IMG/VR virus record: IMGVR_UViG_3300045988_155769
Length of the DNA stretch: 35,729 nucleotides
Reading direction: 5' to 3' (one strand)
Source of the DNA: a virus
Positions 1-6,744 of the stretch are shown piece after piece (the first letter of the stretch is position 1; the number at the start of each line of letters is the position of its first letter). Made by a program: the position numbers and the translations under genes. The notes below the pieces were generated by a model. It was not told the origin of the DNA. It was given only the letters and a program-made list of their open reading frames with translations, and ran no database searches.

Positions 1-99
1 CTTTTTTTTTGCCTTTAAATCCTCTATGGCATTTCTAATAAATTGAGTTTGAGTTAATCCTTCCTCGGCTAATAATTTATCAAGTTCTTCCTTTTCTTC
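1..99. repeat. Terminal direct repeat, left copy (identical to 35631-35729)
   Basis: Base-by-base identity, read directly. The repeat runs exactly to both window edges. Confidence 0.95.
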
Positions 100-189
100 T
101 TTCTTTAAATTGATTTTAAGTGGTGAGTAGTGTTTCTTTTTATATTCATTAACATACTCATTTTGATTAAATTTCTTTTCTTCTTTCAT
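1..189 (-). CDS. Small ribbon-helix-helix-like DNA-binding protein, truncated by the window edge (64 aa when the ends are joined)
   Basis: ATG at 189 is preceded by AGGGAGGG. Translation is MKEEKKFNQNEYVNEYKKKHYSPLKINLKKEEKEELDKLLAEEGLTQTQFIRNAIEDLKAKKK. Across the circular junction it continues as R then stop (TAG complement at 35625-35627). The strand-helix-helix pattern resembles CopG/Arc. Its own promoter is TTGAAA (227-222), a 16-nt spacer and TATATA (205-200). Confidence 0.5.
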   Translation of the reverse strand, partial: MKEEKKFNQNEYVNEYKKKHYSPLKINLKKEEKEELDKLLAEEGLTQTQFIRNAIEDLKAKKK

Positions 190-257
190 AATCCCTCCCT
201 ATATACTACCATTGCATTATTTTTCAATTTAGTATATAATAATTAGTGAGAGAGGAA

Positions 258-371
258 TTAATCCTCTTTCACTAATAGGATATTTCCGTTTTTGTAGATT
301 ACGGCAAATCCTAATTCATAAAGTTGGTATGCTGTTTCAAGGCTCATATCAACTTTTTTAATTTGTAGCAT
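258..371 (-). CDS. Hypothetical 37-aa protein (MLQIKKVDMSLETAYQLYELGFAVIYKNGNILLVKED)
   Basis: AAGGAGG lies 7 nt upstream of the ATG at 371, and a near-consensus promoter lies upstream. It is missing from the ORF track because it is short. Confidence 0.45.
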   Translation of the reverse strand: MLQIKKVDMSLETAYQLYELGFAVIYKNGNILLVKED

Positions 372-393
372 TCTCTCACCTCCTTACATATTA

Positions 394-422
394 AGTATAT
401 CACATTGGGGGGACAATGTCAA
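394..422 (-). promoter_or_regulatory. Near-consensus SigA-type promoter driving the 37-aa ORF
   Basis: On the minus strand: TTGACA (422-417), a 17-nt spacer, then TGaTATACT (extended -10, hexamer 399-394). Confidence 0.6.
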
Positions 423-460
423 CAAAAAAGTGAAAAAATTATTTTTTTTAAATAAAATTG

Positions 461-484
461 GTAAGGACATTAATGTCCTTACCT
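461..484. terminator. Perfect 24-bp palindrome, likely bidirectional terminator downstream of the integrase gene
   Basis: ggtaaggacatt/aatgtccttacc, flanked by T-rich sequence on both strands. Confidence 0.6.
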
Positions 485-542
485 TTTATGTATGTGCATA
501 AAAATAAATCACCACATGGACATTGAGTGTTATGCACACGAT

Positions 543-1961
543 TTACTTAAAAAAAACATGCCAATTATTTACGGGATCGTCCGCATCTTGAACAATATGA
601 TCAATATATTCATACCAAAATAATCTTTTATTTTCACGTGTAAGCTTATTATATAGATCTAAAATAGTATTAGATTTCAATATTTTTTTATATTTTTCAA
701 GATTTCTTTTTTTAATTGAAACATCAACAGAATCCAGTTCTTGGATTTTTAATTGAGTAGCATTATAGTCATTATCATATTTTTCTTTTGTAATACGACC
801 ATCAAGATAAAGTTCATTAAGACGATCTAATTTATCTTTTAATCGTTCTACTTTATTAACATTTTTATTAATGACTTGTTTTTCTTCGACAGATTCAACA
901 GAAATAACATAATCATTTAACATAACCAGAAAATTAGATATAAGCCATTTTTCCAATTTATCCTCATTTACGGTATGATTATTAGAACATCGACAATCCA
1001 AGAAATGATTGCAGCATTTATAAGTTCCATAGCGAATACGAGTTCCATCAACATGATTCCTACCGGCACTTGATCCTCCCATTCTTCTTCCACAATCATA
1101 ACATCTAATAAGTCCAGAAAAAATAAAGAAATGATCAGAGTGCTTGTTAGGTTTATGATTTTTATTAATTAAATCTATTATTTTTTGATGTCGTTCTTTT
1201 GAAATGTAGGGCTCGCAGTATTCTTCAACTCCACGATAAACACCATGGTACATACTATTTTTAAGCATGTGTTTAACTCTTTCATAAAGTATAGGTCGTT
1301 GTGGGTAATTATCATGTAAATATTGAGTAGTAGCACGAAGAGAAAGTGTTTCCTCAAATTTATCAAACATATCGATAGCCATTTGTGATAGTTCTGGATC
1401 TTTAACAACTCTTTTATTTTGTTTTTCTCCCTCAATTTTATAACCAATTGGAAGAGCACCAGAAATAGGTCGCTTGTTGCGGACCATATTCTCAAAATTA
1501 AATTTAATTCTATCAGATGTTTGATCTGATTCATTTTGTGCAATAGATAATTTAATATTAAGATATAAGCGACCATTAGATGTAGACGTGTTGAATTCTT
1601 CATCAGAACATTCCCAATCAACGTTGTATTTATCTAATAAGTCTTGGATACGATAATAGTCTGCTACATTACGAAACCACCTATCAAGCCGCCAAATGAC
1701 AATCCTATCAATTTTATCAGATTTTACATCATCGAGTAATCGTAATAATTCTTTACGATTGGATATTTTAGTACGTGCTGATTTACCTTCATCGGCATAA
1801 ATATCCACAACTTGATAATTATGTTCTTTTGCCCATTCTATAAGCCTAGATTTTTGACTTTCTATTGAATATCCATGTTTTGCTTGTTCTTCTGTGGATA
1901 CTCTTATATATATAGCAACTCTTATTATTTTATCCTTTACATTCTTAATTATTTTACTCAT
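543..1961 (-). CDS. int: Large serine recombinase (phage integrase)
   Basis: The N-terminal resolvase domain reads VAIYIRVSTEEQ...GYSIESQ, followed by a recombinase domain, a Cys-rich zinc ribbon (CYDCGRRMGG...YKCCNHFLDCRC) and a coiled-coil tail. The ATG at 1961 with GGGAG 8 nt upstream is preferred over the TTG at 1976. Confidence 0.9.
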   Translation of the reverse strand: MSKIIKNVKDKIIRVAIYIRVSTEEQAKHGYSIESQKSRLIEWAKEHNYQVVDIYADEGKSARTKISNRKELLRLLDDVKSDKIDRIVIWRLDRWFRNVADYYRIQDLLDKYNVDWECSDEEFNTSTSNGRLYLNIKLSIAQNESDQTSDRIKFNFENMVRNKRPISGALPIGYKIEGEKQNKRVVKDPELSQMAIDMFDKFEETLSLRATTQYLHDNYPQRPILYERVKHMLKNSMYHGVYRGVEEYCEPYISKERHQKIIDLINKNHKPNKHSDHFFIFSGLIRCYDCGRRMGGSSAGRNHVDGTRIRYGTYKCCNHFLDCRCSNNHTVNEDKLEKWLISNFLVMLNDYVISVESVEEKQVINKNVNKVERLKDKLDRLNELYLDGRITKEKYDNDYNATQLKIQELDSVDVSIKKRNLEKYKKILKSNTILDLYNKLTRENKRLFWYEYIDHIVQDADDPVNNWHVFFK

Positions 1962-1979
1962 TAAAATCACTCCCAATTA

Positions 1980-2008
1980 TTGCGAAATCTTTAAATAAAT
2001 GCTATAAT
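1980..2008 (+). promoter_or_regulatory. Strong plus-strand promoter beside the int start
   Basis: TTGCGA (1980-1985), a 17-nt spacer, then TGcTATAAT (2000-2008). Confidence 0.5.
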
Positions 2009-2009
2009 T

Positions 2010-2068
2010 GAGGTACACAAAAAAGAATTTTCGTGCTAGATTATTTTTTATTTGTGTACCTCTTTTTT
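2010..2068 (+). terminator. Long hairpin with 12-bp perfect arms plus a T-run (terminator or recombinase site)
   Basis: gaggtacacaaa (2010-2021) pairs with tttgtgtacctc (2051-2062), followed by TTTTTT. Confidence 0.45.
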
Positions 2069-2074
2069 GAGGGT

Positions 2075-2108
2075 AGGCTCATTGTTCGCTGCAATGAGTC
2101 TTTTTTTA
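2075..2108 (+). terminator. Rho-independent terminator
   Basis: A 10-bp stem (2075-2084 with 2092-2101, one G.U pair), a 7-nt loop, then TTTTTTT. Confidence 0.6.
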
Positions 2109-2164
2109 TTTTAGTATATAAAAATATACTATATAATATATCCCCGAAAGGGGGAGGTTAAACA

Positions 2165-2251
2165 ATGGATTTTTACTGTTTTTATTTTGAGATTTTGGAT
2201 TTTGGCATTGATCCAATAATATTGCAGTACTACATAGAATATTATTTATAA
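2165..2251 (+). CDS. Hypothetical 28-aa peptide (MDFYCFYFEILDFGIDPIILQYYIEYYL)
   Basis: GGGGGAGG lies 7 nt upstream of the ATG. TATAAT is at 2132-2137. A hairpin with T-run (2236-2262) overlaps the stop codon. The ORF is convergent with the repressor gene. Confidence 0.35.
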   Translation: MDFYCFYFEILDFGIDPIILQYYIEYYL

Positions 2252-2266
2252 TATTCTTTTTTAATA

Positions 2267-2647
2267 TTATTTTTTTCTCATAATAAAATTTTTGTTGGCT
2301 TTTGCAAATTCTATCAGTTTGTTAAAATCTTCCTCCGTCATTTCTTCGTTTTCATTTAAAAAACCTTTTCTTTTCAAGATGTTTTTTAGCAATTCTTGTT
2401 CTTCTTTTTCTGTTAACTTTTTTCTTTCACTTTTCATAGGTACATCAAAACCCATAAGCCAAATCTCATCAACATCAAAGAACTCTGCTAACAATGTTAG
2501 ACTATCTTGCTTTGCTTTATATGTTCCAGAAATCCAATGACTGATTTGTGATTTACTAATACCAGTTTTTTCTGATAGTTCAATAGCCTTTATATTATTA
2601 AGGTCCATTATTTTTTTTAATCGATTAGCAAATGTGTCAACTAACAT
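2267..2647 (-). CDS. cI-like repressor, XRE-family HTH
   Basis: The HTH reads NNIKAIELSEKTGISKSQISHWISG. It is divergent from a Cro-like gene. The ATG at 2647 follows GAGGTG, and the longer track start encodes a hydrophobic artefact. Confidence 0.85.
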   Translation of the reverse strand: MLVDTFANRLKKIMDLNNIKAIELSEKTGISKSQISHWISGTYKAKQDSLTLLAEFFDVDEIWLMGFDVPMKSERKKLTEKEEQELLKNILKRKGFLNENEEMTEEDFNKLIEFAKANKNFIMRKK

Positions 2648-2680
2648 TGTCATCACCTCATAAATTATTATATACAAAAA

Positions 2681-2697
2681 GTTGGGAAAAAACAACA
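2681..2697 (+). promoter_or_regulatory. Operator-like motif copy 1 (gttgggaaaaaacaaca)
   Basis: The GTTGGGAAAA core is repeated four times in the switch region. Confidence 0.5.
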
Positions 2698-2721
2698 TAA
2701 ATTAAAGAGAATATAAAAAAA

Positions 2722-2738
2722 GTTGGGAAAAATTAAAT
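2722..2738 (+). promoter_or_regulatory. Operator-like motif copy 2 (gttgggaaaaattaaat)
   Basis: Same core, just upstream of the -35 of the rightward promoter. Confidence 0.5.
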
Positions 2739-2745
2739 TATTTTG

Positions 2746-2774
2746 TTGACAAGAAAAAAAATTAATGCTAATAT
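2746..2774 (+). promoter_or_regulatory. Rightward early (lytic) promoter
   Basis: TTGACA (2746-2751), a 17-nt spacer, then TAATAT (2769-2774). Confidence 0.65.
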
Positions 2775-2782
2775 TAAACTAG

Positions 2783-2799
2783 GTTGGGAAAACCCAAAC
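2783..2799 (+). promoter_or_regulatory. Operator-like motif copy 3 (gttgggaaaacccaaac)
   Basis: Same core, immediately downstream of the -10. It is near-palindromic (gttggg ... cccaaac). Confidence 0.55.
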
Positions 2800-2816
2800 T
2801 AAATGGAGGTGATAAA

Positions 2817-3077
2817 ATGAAAAGAAATTATGATTATTCCAAATTAAGAGGAAGAATAGTTGAAAAACTAGGATCCATCAAGAAATATGCGGAATTATTG
2901 AAATTATCTGATACGTCTATCTCAAATAAATTGAGCAATAAAACACCATTTAATCAAGACGAAATATTAAAAAGTATTGAATCAGATGTATTAGATATTG
3001 ATGTAACGGAAATCCCTATATATTTTTTTACACAAAAAGTTGGGAAAATCCAAACTGACGAAGAATCAGATTCATAG
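2817..3077 (+). CDS. Cro-like HTH regulator (DUF739-like)
   Basis: GGAGGTGA lies 6 nt upstream of the ATG at 2817. The sequence YSKLRGRIVEKLGSIKKYAELLKLSDTSISNKLSNKTPF resembles the small Gram-positive phage Cro/DUF739 family. Confidence 0.7.
   Translation: MKRNYDYSKLRGRIVEKLGSIKKYAELLKLSDTSISNKLSNKTPFNQDEILKSIESDVLDIDVTEIPIYFFTQKVGKIQTDEESDS
3039..3055 (+). promoter_or_regulatory. Operator-like motif copy 4 (gttgggaaaatccaaac), inside the 3' end of the cro-like gene
   Basis: Same core and flanks as copies 1-3, located 256 bp downstream of copy 3. Confidence 0.4.
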
Positions 3078-3107
3078 TAAATAGCACGAAAATTCTAGGA
3101 GGTAGTT

Positions 3108-3236
3108 ATGAATAGCGAAGAAACTACTAATAAAAATCTTTTAATTGATAAGAGCGAAGATATTATTAAATTTCTAATTAAGTTATATGAAAATCAAGAA
3201 AAAATTAAAATTTCTTATCAATTACAAAAATCATAA
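3108..3236 (+). CDS. Hypothetical 42-aa protein
   Basis: AGGAGG lies 6 nt upstream of the ATG. It translates as MNSEETTNKNLLIDKSEDIIKFLIKLYENQEKIKISYQLQKS and is below the ORF-track cutoff. Confidence 0.45.
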   Translation: MNSEETTNKNLLIDKSEDIIKFLIKLYENQEKIKISYQLQKS

Positions 3237-3288
3237 GGAGGATCATCAATGAAATTAAAAAACAAAAATAAAAATAGGAGGTATCAAA

Positions 3289-3555
3289 GTGTTTAAGATC
3301 ATAATAGGAATTATCATAGGGGCTTTAATAACTTTATTAATTGTAAGCATTCAATATTACTTAAAAACTAATCATTTAAAATTAAAATGGAAAAATTTAT
3401 TTATTGCACTTGGATGTTTAATCATTATTGCATATTTAATTTATAGTTTCATAGGTATGGCAATAGCACCAAAATATACAAAGTCTAACGGCAATGTATG
3501 TAAAGGTTTTAAATATGGAATACAAGTATGTAGTGGTGATATAAATGCCGAATAA
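3289..3555 (+). CDS. Small membrane protein (two predicted TM helices)
   Basis: GTG start after AGGAGG. Hydrophobic segments are IIIGIIIGALITLLIV and LFIALGCLIIIAYLIYSFIGMAI. Confidence 0.6.
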   Translation: MFKIIIGIIIGALITLLIVSIQYYLKTNHLKLKWKNLFIALGCLIIIAYLIYSFIGMAIAPKYTKSNGNVCKGFKYGIQVCSGDINAE

Positions 3556-3670
3556 AAAAAGAATTATGAAAAAAACTTTTGACCCATTTCATAATTCTAT
3601 AATCGTAAATTTAATAAATAAACTTACACCTTTATTTTATCAGATTTTAAGGGGTTAGTAAACAAAGTAA

Positions 3671-4501
3671 ATGAATTGGAGGCGATGTCTTATTAAGAAA
3701 GTAAATAACTATTTTTCTCACGATTTTAATGCGAGAAATGATATTAAATTAAAAAAAGTAATTGCTAATTTAGGAATACAGGGCATTGGACTTTATTGGT
3801 GTATCATCGAATGCTTATACGAGAATGACGGTTATTTGTCATTCGATGATATTGATTTACTATCTTATGAATTAAGAACGGATAAAGATTTAATATTAAA
3901 TTTAATTGAAAATTTTGATTTATTTAAGAAAAATAATAAGAATAAATTTTATTCTCAAAGTGTTTTAAATAGATTAGAAGAAATAGAAAGTAAATCAAGA
4001 AAAAATCGAGAAAATGCTTTGAAACGTTGGAATAAAAACGATACAAACGAAATGCAAACGGAAAGCAATAGCAATGCGACCGCATTACAACCGCAATGCT
4101 ATATAAAAGAAAAGATAATAAAAGAAAATAAAAGAAAAGATAATAATATATTATTAACTACAACAGAAGATAACAATATATATAATTATGTCGAATCTAA
4201 CTTTGGACGATCATTATCACCAATAGAATTAGAGAAAATTGGTCTGTGGTCGTCAGAATACAAAGATGAAATTTTAAAATATGCAATTCAAATAGCAGTT
4301 ATGAATCGTAAAGCAACTTTTGCTTATGTAGAAGGTATTTTAAAAAACTGGAAAGCAAAAGGTTTTGAAACGTTAGATGAAATAAAAGAAAATGATCTAT
4401 ACGGAGTATTTGCGACTCATAAAAAAGAAAAATCTTCAGAGCCAGAAATCGATACGGAAATATTTGATTACAATTGGCTTGAAGATGATGATCATGATTA
4501 A
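3671..4501 (+). CDS. Replication initiation protein, DnaD-domain (Lin1244-like N-terminus)
   Basis: The C-terminal sequence LSPIELEKIGLWSSEYKDEILKYAIQIAVMNRKATFAYVEGILKNWKAKG matches the DnaD/DnaB_2 pattern. The N-terminal YFSHDFNARNDIKL matches the phage replisome-organiser N-domain. The exact start is uncertain. Confidence 0.7.
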   Translation: MNWRRCLIKKVNNYFSHDFNARNDIKLKKVIANLGIQGIGLYWCIIECLYENDGYLSFDDIDLLSYELRTDKDLILNLIENFDLFKKNNKNKFYSQSVLNRLEEIESKSRKNRENALKRWNKNDTNEMQTESNSNATALQPQCYIKEKIIKENKRKDNNILLTTTEDNNIYNYVESNFGRSLSPIELEKIGLWSSEYKDEILKYAIQIAVMNRKATFAYVEGILKNWKAKGFETLDEIKENDLYGVFATHKKEKSSEPEIDTEIFDYNWLEDDDHD

Positions 4502-4616
4502 AATAATCAAGATGGCTATATATAATATCAAAAAATTTTAAAATGTCAAATCTTTTTTCAAAAAAACGTATTTCGTTAAAAGTTCAATGTCTAGTATTGA
4601 AAGAAAGGAAATAATC

Positions 4617-5171
4617 ATGTTTAGAAATTTTAAAGATTGGCTAGTTTTAAAAATCGATTTGATTACAGAGGCTATCGGCATTAAATTTACTAGATATAAA
4701 GGTTTATGGGAACAACAGAACAAAGAAATTGATCTAATGAGATGTTCACATAATAAAGAGATTCAAAGATTAAAAAAACTTGTTGAATCTAAAGATTTAA
4801 TGATTAATAGTAAAAATATTCAAATAGATAATTTAAAAGACGAGAAATCTAAAATAAATGAAAATTATCAGAAATATAAACAAAAAACTAAAGAACAATA
4901 TCTTGATCTTATGAATAAGTATCAGGATTCAACATTAAAAGTTCAAGACTTGATAGCAGAAAAAAGAAAGTTGTCATCAAGTAAAGGGGGATTAAATACA
5001 AAAGTAAGATACCAGGATAAAAGAATTAAACAACTTGAAACAGAAAATGCAAGTATTAAAAAATTAATTCAACAAGTTGTTAAAGAAAGTGGTAGAAAAT
5101 TAACTCCACCAACAATCCAGGAATTACGAAATTACAATTTATACGGAAATAAGAAAGGAAAAAGAAAATGA
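4617..5171 (+). CDS. Hypothetical coiled-coil protein
   Basis: Long K/E/Q-rich heptad-like sequence. The start at 4617 (MFRNFKDW) is preferred to 4587 on RBS spacing. Confidence 0.5.
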   Translation: MFRNFKDWLVLKIDLITEAIGIKFTRYKGLWEQQNKEIDLMRCSHNKEIQRLKKLVESKDLMINSKNIQIDNLKDEKSKINENYQKYKQKTKEQYLDLMNKYQDSTLKVQDLIAEKRKLSSSKGGLNTKVRYQDKRIKQLETENASIKKLIQQVVKESGRKLTPPTIQELRNYNLYGNKKGKRK

Positions 5172-5464
5172 GTAAATTTGAAATAACATCTATCAGAGTT
5201 CATAAACTACCAAAATCAGAAGATAGCAACATAGTAGGTATAGCAAGCATTGTTTTAAATAATGCATTCCTAGTAAATGATATTAGGGTAATTCAGGGAA
5301 AAGAAAAATTATTTTGTGGGATGCCGTCAAGAAGATTAGAAGATAAATCTTTTATGGATATATGCCATCCATTAAATAACGAGGTTAGAAAGTATTTAGA
5401 AAATGCAGTATTAGCAGAATATATCAATGCAGAAGAATTAAAGGAGGATCCAAAGAATGAATAG
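5168..5464 (+). CDS. spoVG: SpoVG-family protein
   Basis: ITSIRVHKL...IVGIASIVLNNAFLVNDIRVIQGKEKLFCGMPSRR...FMDICHPLNNEVRKYLENAVL follows the SpoVG consensus. Confidence 0.75.
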   Translation: MSKFEITSIRVHKLPKSEDSNIVGIASIVLNNAFLVNDIRVIQGKEKLFCGMPSRRLEDKSFMDICHPLNNEVRKYLENAVLAEYINAEELKEDPKNE

Positions 5465-5711
5465 TGATTTCAATAAAGAATTAATTGATACTAATGTTGA
5501 TTTAGAAACATTAAAAGAAGAAATTACTTCAAGAATAAATAAACTTGATGATCCAATGTTTAATGTATCGGTTAAAACTACCGAATTATTGCAAATAACA
5601 GTTGCAACACAAGATAAGACAACAACGTTTGATGTATTCGATGTAACACCAGAAGCAATAGATGTTACATTAAAAAAAATAAATGAATATGTGGAGGGTA
5701 TTAAAAAATGA
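5457..5711 (+). CDS. Hypothetical protein
   Basis: AAGGAGGA RBS, with overlapping gene junctions on both sides. Confidence 0.6.
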   Translation: MNSDFNKELIDTNVDLETLKEEITSRINKLDDPMFNVSVKTTELLQITVATQDKTTTFDVFDVTPEAIDVTLKKINEYVEGIKK

Positions 5712-5998
5712 ATTTTTTAATCGGAATATTAGTATGTATACTTGGTTTCTTACTAGGGAAAAAAAGTGCAAATGATGAAATATTAAAATATTATCAACAG
5801 TCAGTAGAATCGGAAATAAAAGCAGCAAGAGTAAATATGGTAATTAGATCATATAGAAATCAATTATTAAGAGAAGAAACAAAAATTCGTGCTCTATCAA
5901 AGTCAAAACAAGAAATGAATGCTCTTAATTATATTGATGTAAAAGCAAAATTAGAATTAATAAGAAAAATTGAGGAGGATGTCGCAAATGAAATGTAA
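5708..5998 (+). CDS. Hypothetical protein with N-terminal TM helix
   Basis: ATGA overlap start. The N-terminus reads FLIGILVCILGFLLG. Confidence 0.6.
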   Translation: MNFLIGILVCILGFLLGKKSANDEILKYYQQSVESEIKAARVNMVIRSYRNQLLREETKIRALSKSKQEMNALNYIDVKAKLELIRKIEEDVANEM

Positions 5999-6248
5999 GA
6001 AATATGATCAAGCATGGTTTGATAATAAATATATCCAATTACTAAATATGAATTGTGGAACATCAGAAAAGAAATTACAAAAATTGAATAGTTTTATGAA
6101 ACTAGCAAAAGAACATAATATTAAGCCACAAGCTACTAAAGAATCAAAAGTAAAATTCGTAAGGGAAGATTATGGAATACCAAAAACAGAACGTGCAATC
6201 AGAGCGAGAAAAGCAAAACTCAAAAGAAAACAAGAAGCAAGAGTATAA
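5988..6248 (+). CDS. Hypothetical basic protein
   Basis: GAGGAGGA lies 9 nt upstream of the ATG at 5988. Confidence 0.55.
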   Translation: MKCKKYDQAWFDNKYIQLLNMNCGTSEKKLQKLNSFMKLAKEHNIKPQATKESKVKFVREDYGIPKTERAIRARKAKLKRKQEARV

Positions 6249-6396
6249 ATTCAAAGATCAATGTGATGAATGTAATAACTTTGATTATTGCAGAGGCTAT
6301 AACGGTAAAGTTCTATGTAAATCATGCATTGAAAAAGAAACACCAGAATCAAATATCACAATCAAAGGACAATTAACTATATTCGATTTAATATGA
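6172..6396 (+). CDS. Small zinc-ribbon protein
   Basis: CDECNNFDYC...CKSC gives two CxxC pairs. It overlaps the upstream ORF by 77 nt and has no later in-frame start. Confidence 0.5.
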   Translation: MEYQKQNVQSEREKQNSKENKKQEYKFKDQCDECNNFDYCRGYNGKVLCKSCIEKETPESNITIKGQLTIFDLI

Positions 6397-6407
6397 GGTG
6401 ATGATTT

Positions 6408-6734
6408 ATGGATTTTTCCAGGAAAGGCAAAACATCTGTAACAGTTAAAATTTTAGGACTTGATGTTGTTATAGATAAACACTATATCACAATTAAAGAT
6501 TCATCAAAAGTAAAAGATAAAAAATCAATGGAGTCTATCTTGAAAATAGCAAGAAACATGGCACTAAAAAAAGGCTGCCATTATAAAAGAACTAATAAAA
6601 GTTGGATTCAGGAATGGCGAGCACATAATCTGCTTTATAAATTACATTTATTTGAAACTCATACAAAAGATACTGATTTAGAAGAATGCGAGAGTAAATT
6701 TAGATTATTTTGTTATAAAATTCTTGGAAGATAG
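6408..6734 (+). CDS. Hypothetical protein
   Basis: GAGGTGA RBS. No recognisable domain. Confidence 0.6.
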   Translation: MDFSRKGKTSVTVKILGLDVVIDKHYITIKDSSKVKDKKSMESILKIARNMALKKGCHYKRTNKSWIQEWRAHNLLYKLHLFETHTKDTDLEECESKFRLFCYKILGR

Positions 6735-6744
6735 CGGAGGACTT

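Noticed and set aside
1-99. Terminal repeats interpreted as attL/attR of an integrated prophage
   Set aside because: The repeat ends exactly at both window edges, and no host-like flanks are visible. The integrase is a serine recombinase, which leaves no long duplication. Joining the ends restores an intact ORF and terminator.
1178-1621. Antisense or shadow ORFs from the six-frame track: 1178-1621(-), 2292-2540(+), 4538-4723(-), 7940-8137(-), 8858-9256(-), 11914-12192(-), 12930-13112(-), 12968-13192(-), 13990-14205(-), 14441-14638(-), 21454-21702(-), 24801-25211(-), 25900-26124(-), 28162-28347(-), 30398-30604(-)
   Set aside because: Each lies wholly inside, and antisense or out of frame to, a well-supported gene. 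None has an RBS. Their leucine/isoleucine/phenylalanine/serine-rich low-complexity translations are typical of the opposite strand of AT-rich coding sequence.
3560-3598. 12-bp-arm inverted repeat agaattatgaaa/tttcataattct after the membrane-protein gene, considered as a replication origin
   Set aside because: It is a single dyad with no iterons or adjacent AT-rich repeats that I could verify, and no strong T-run. It most likely forms a weak terminator or is a chance AT-rich palindrome.
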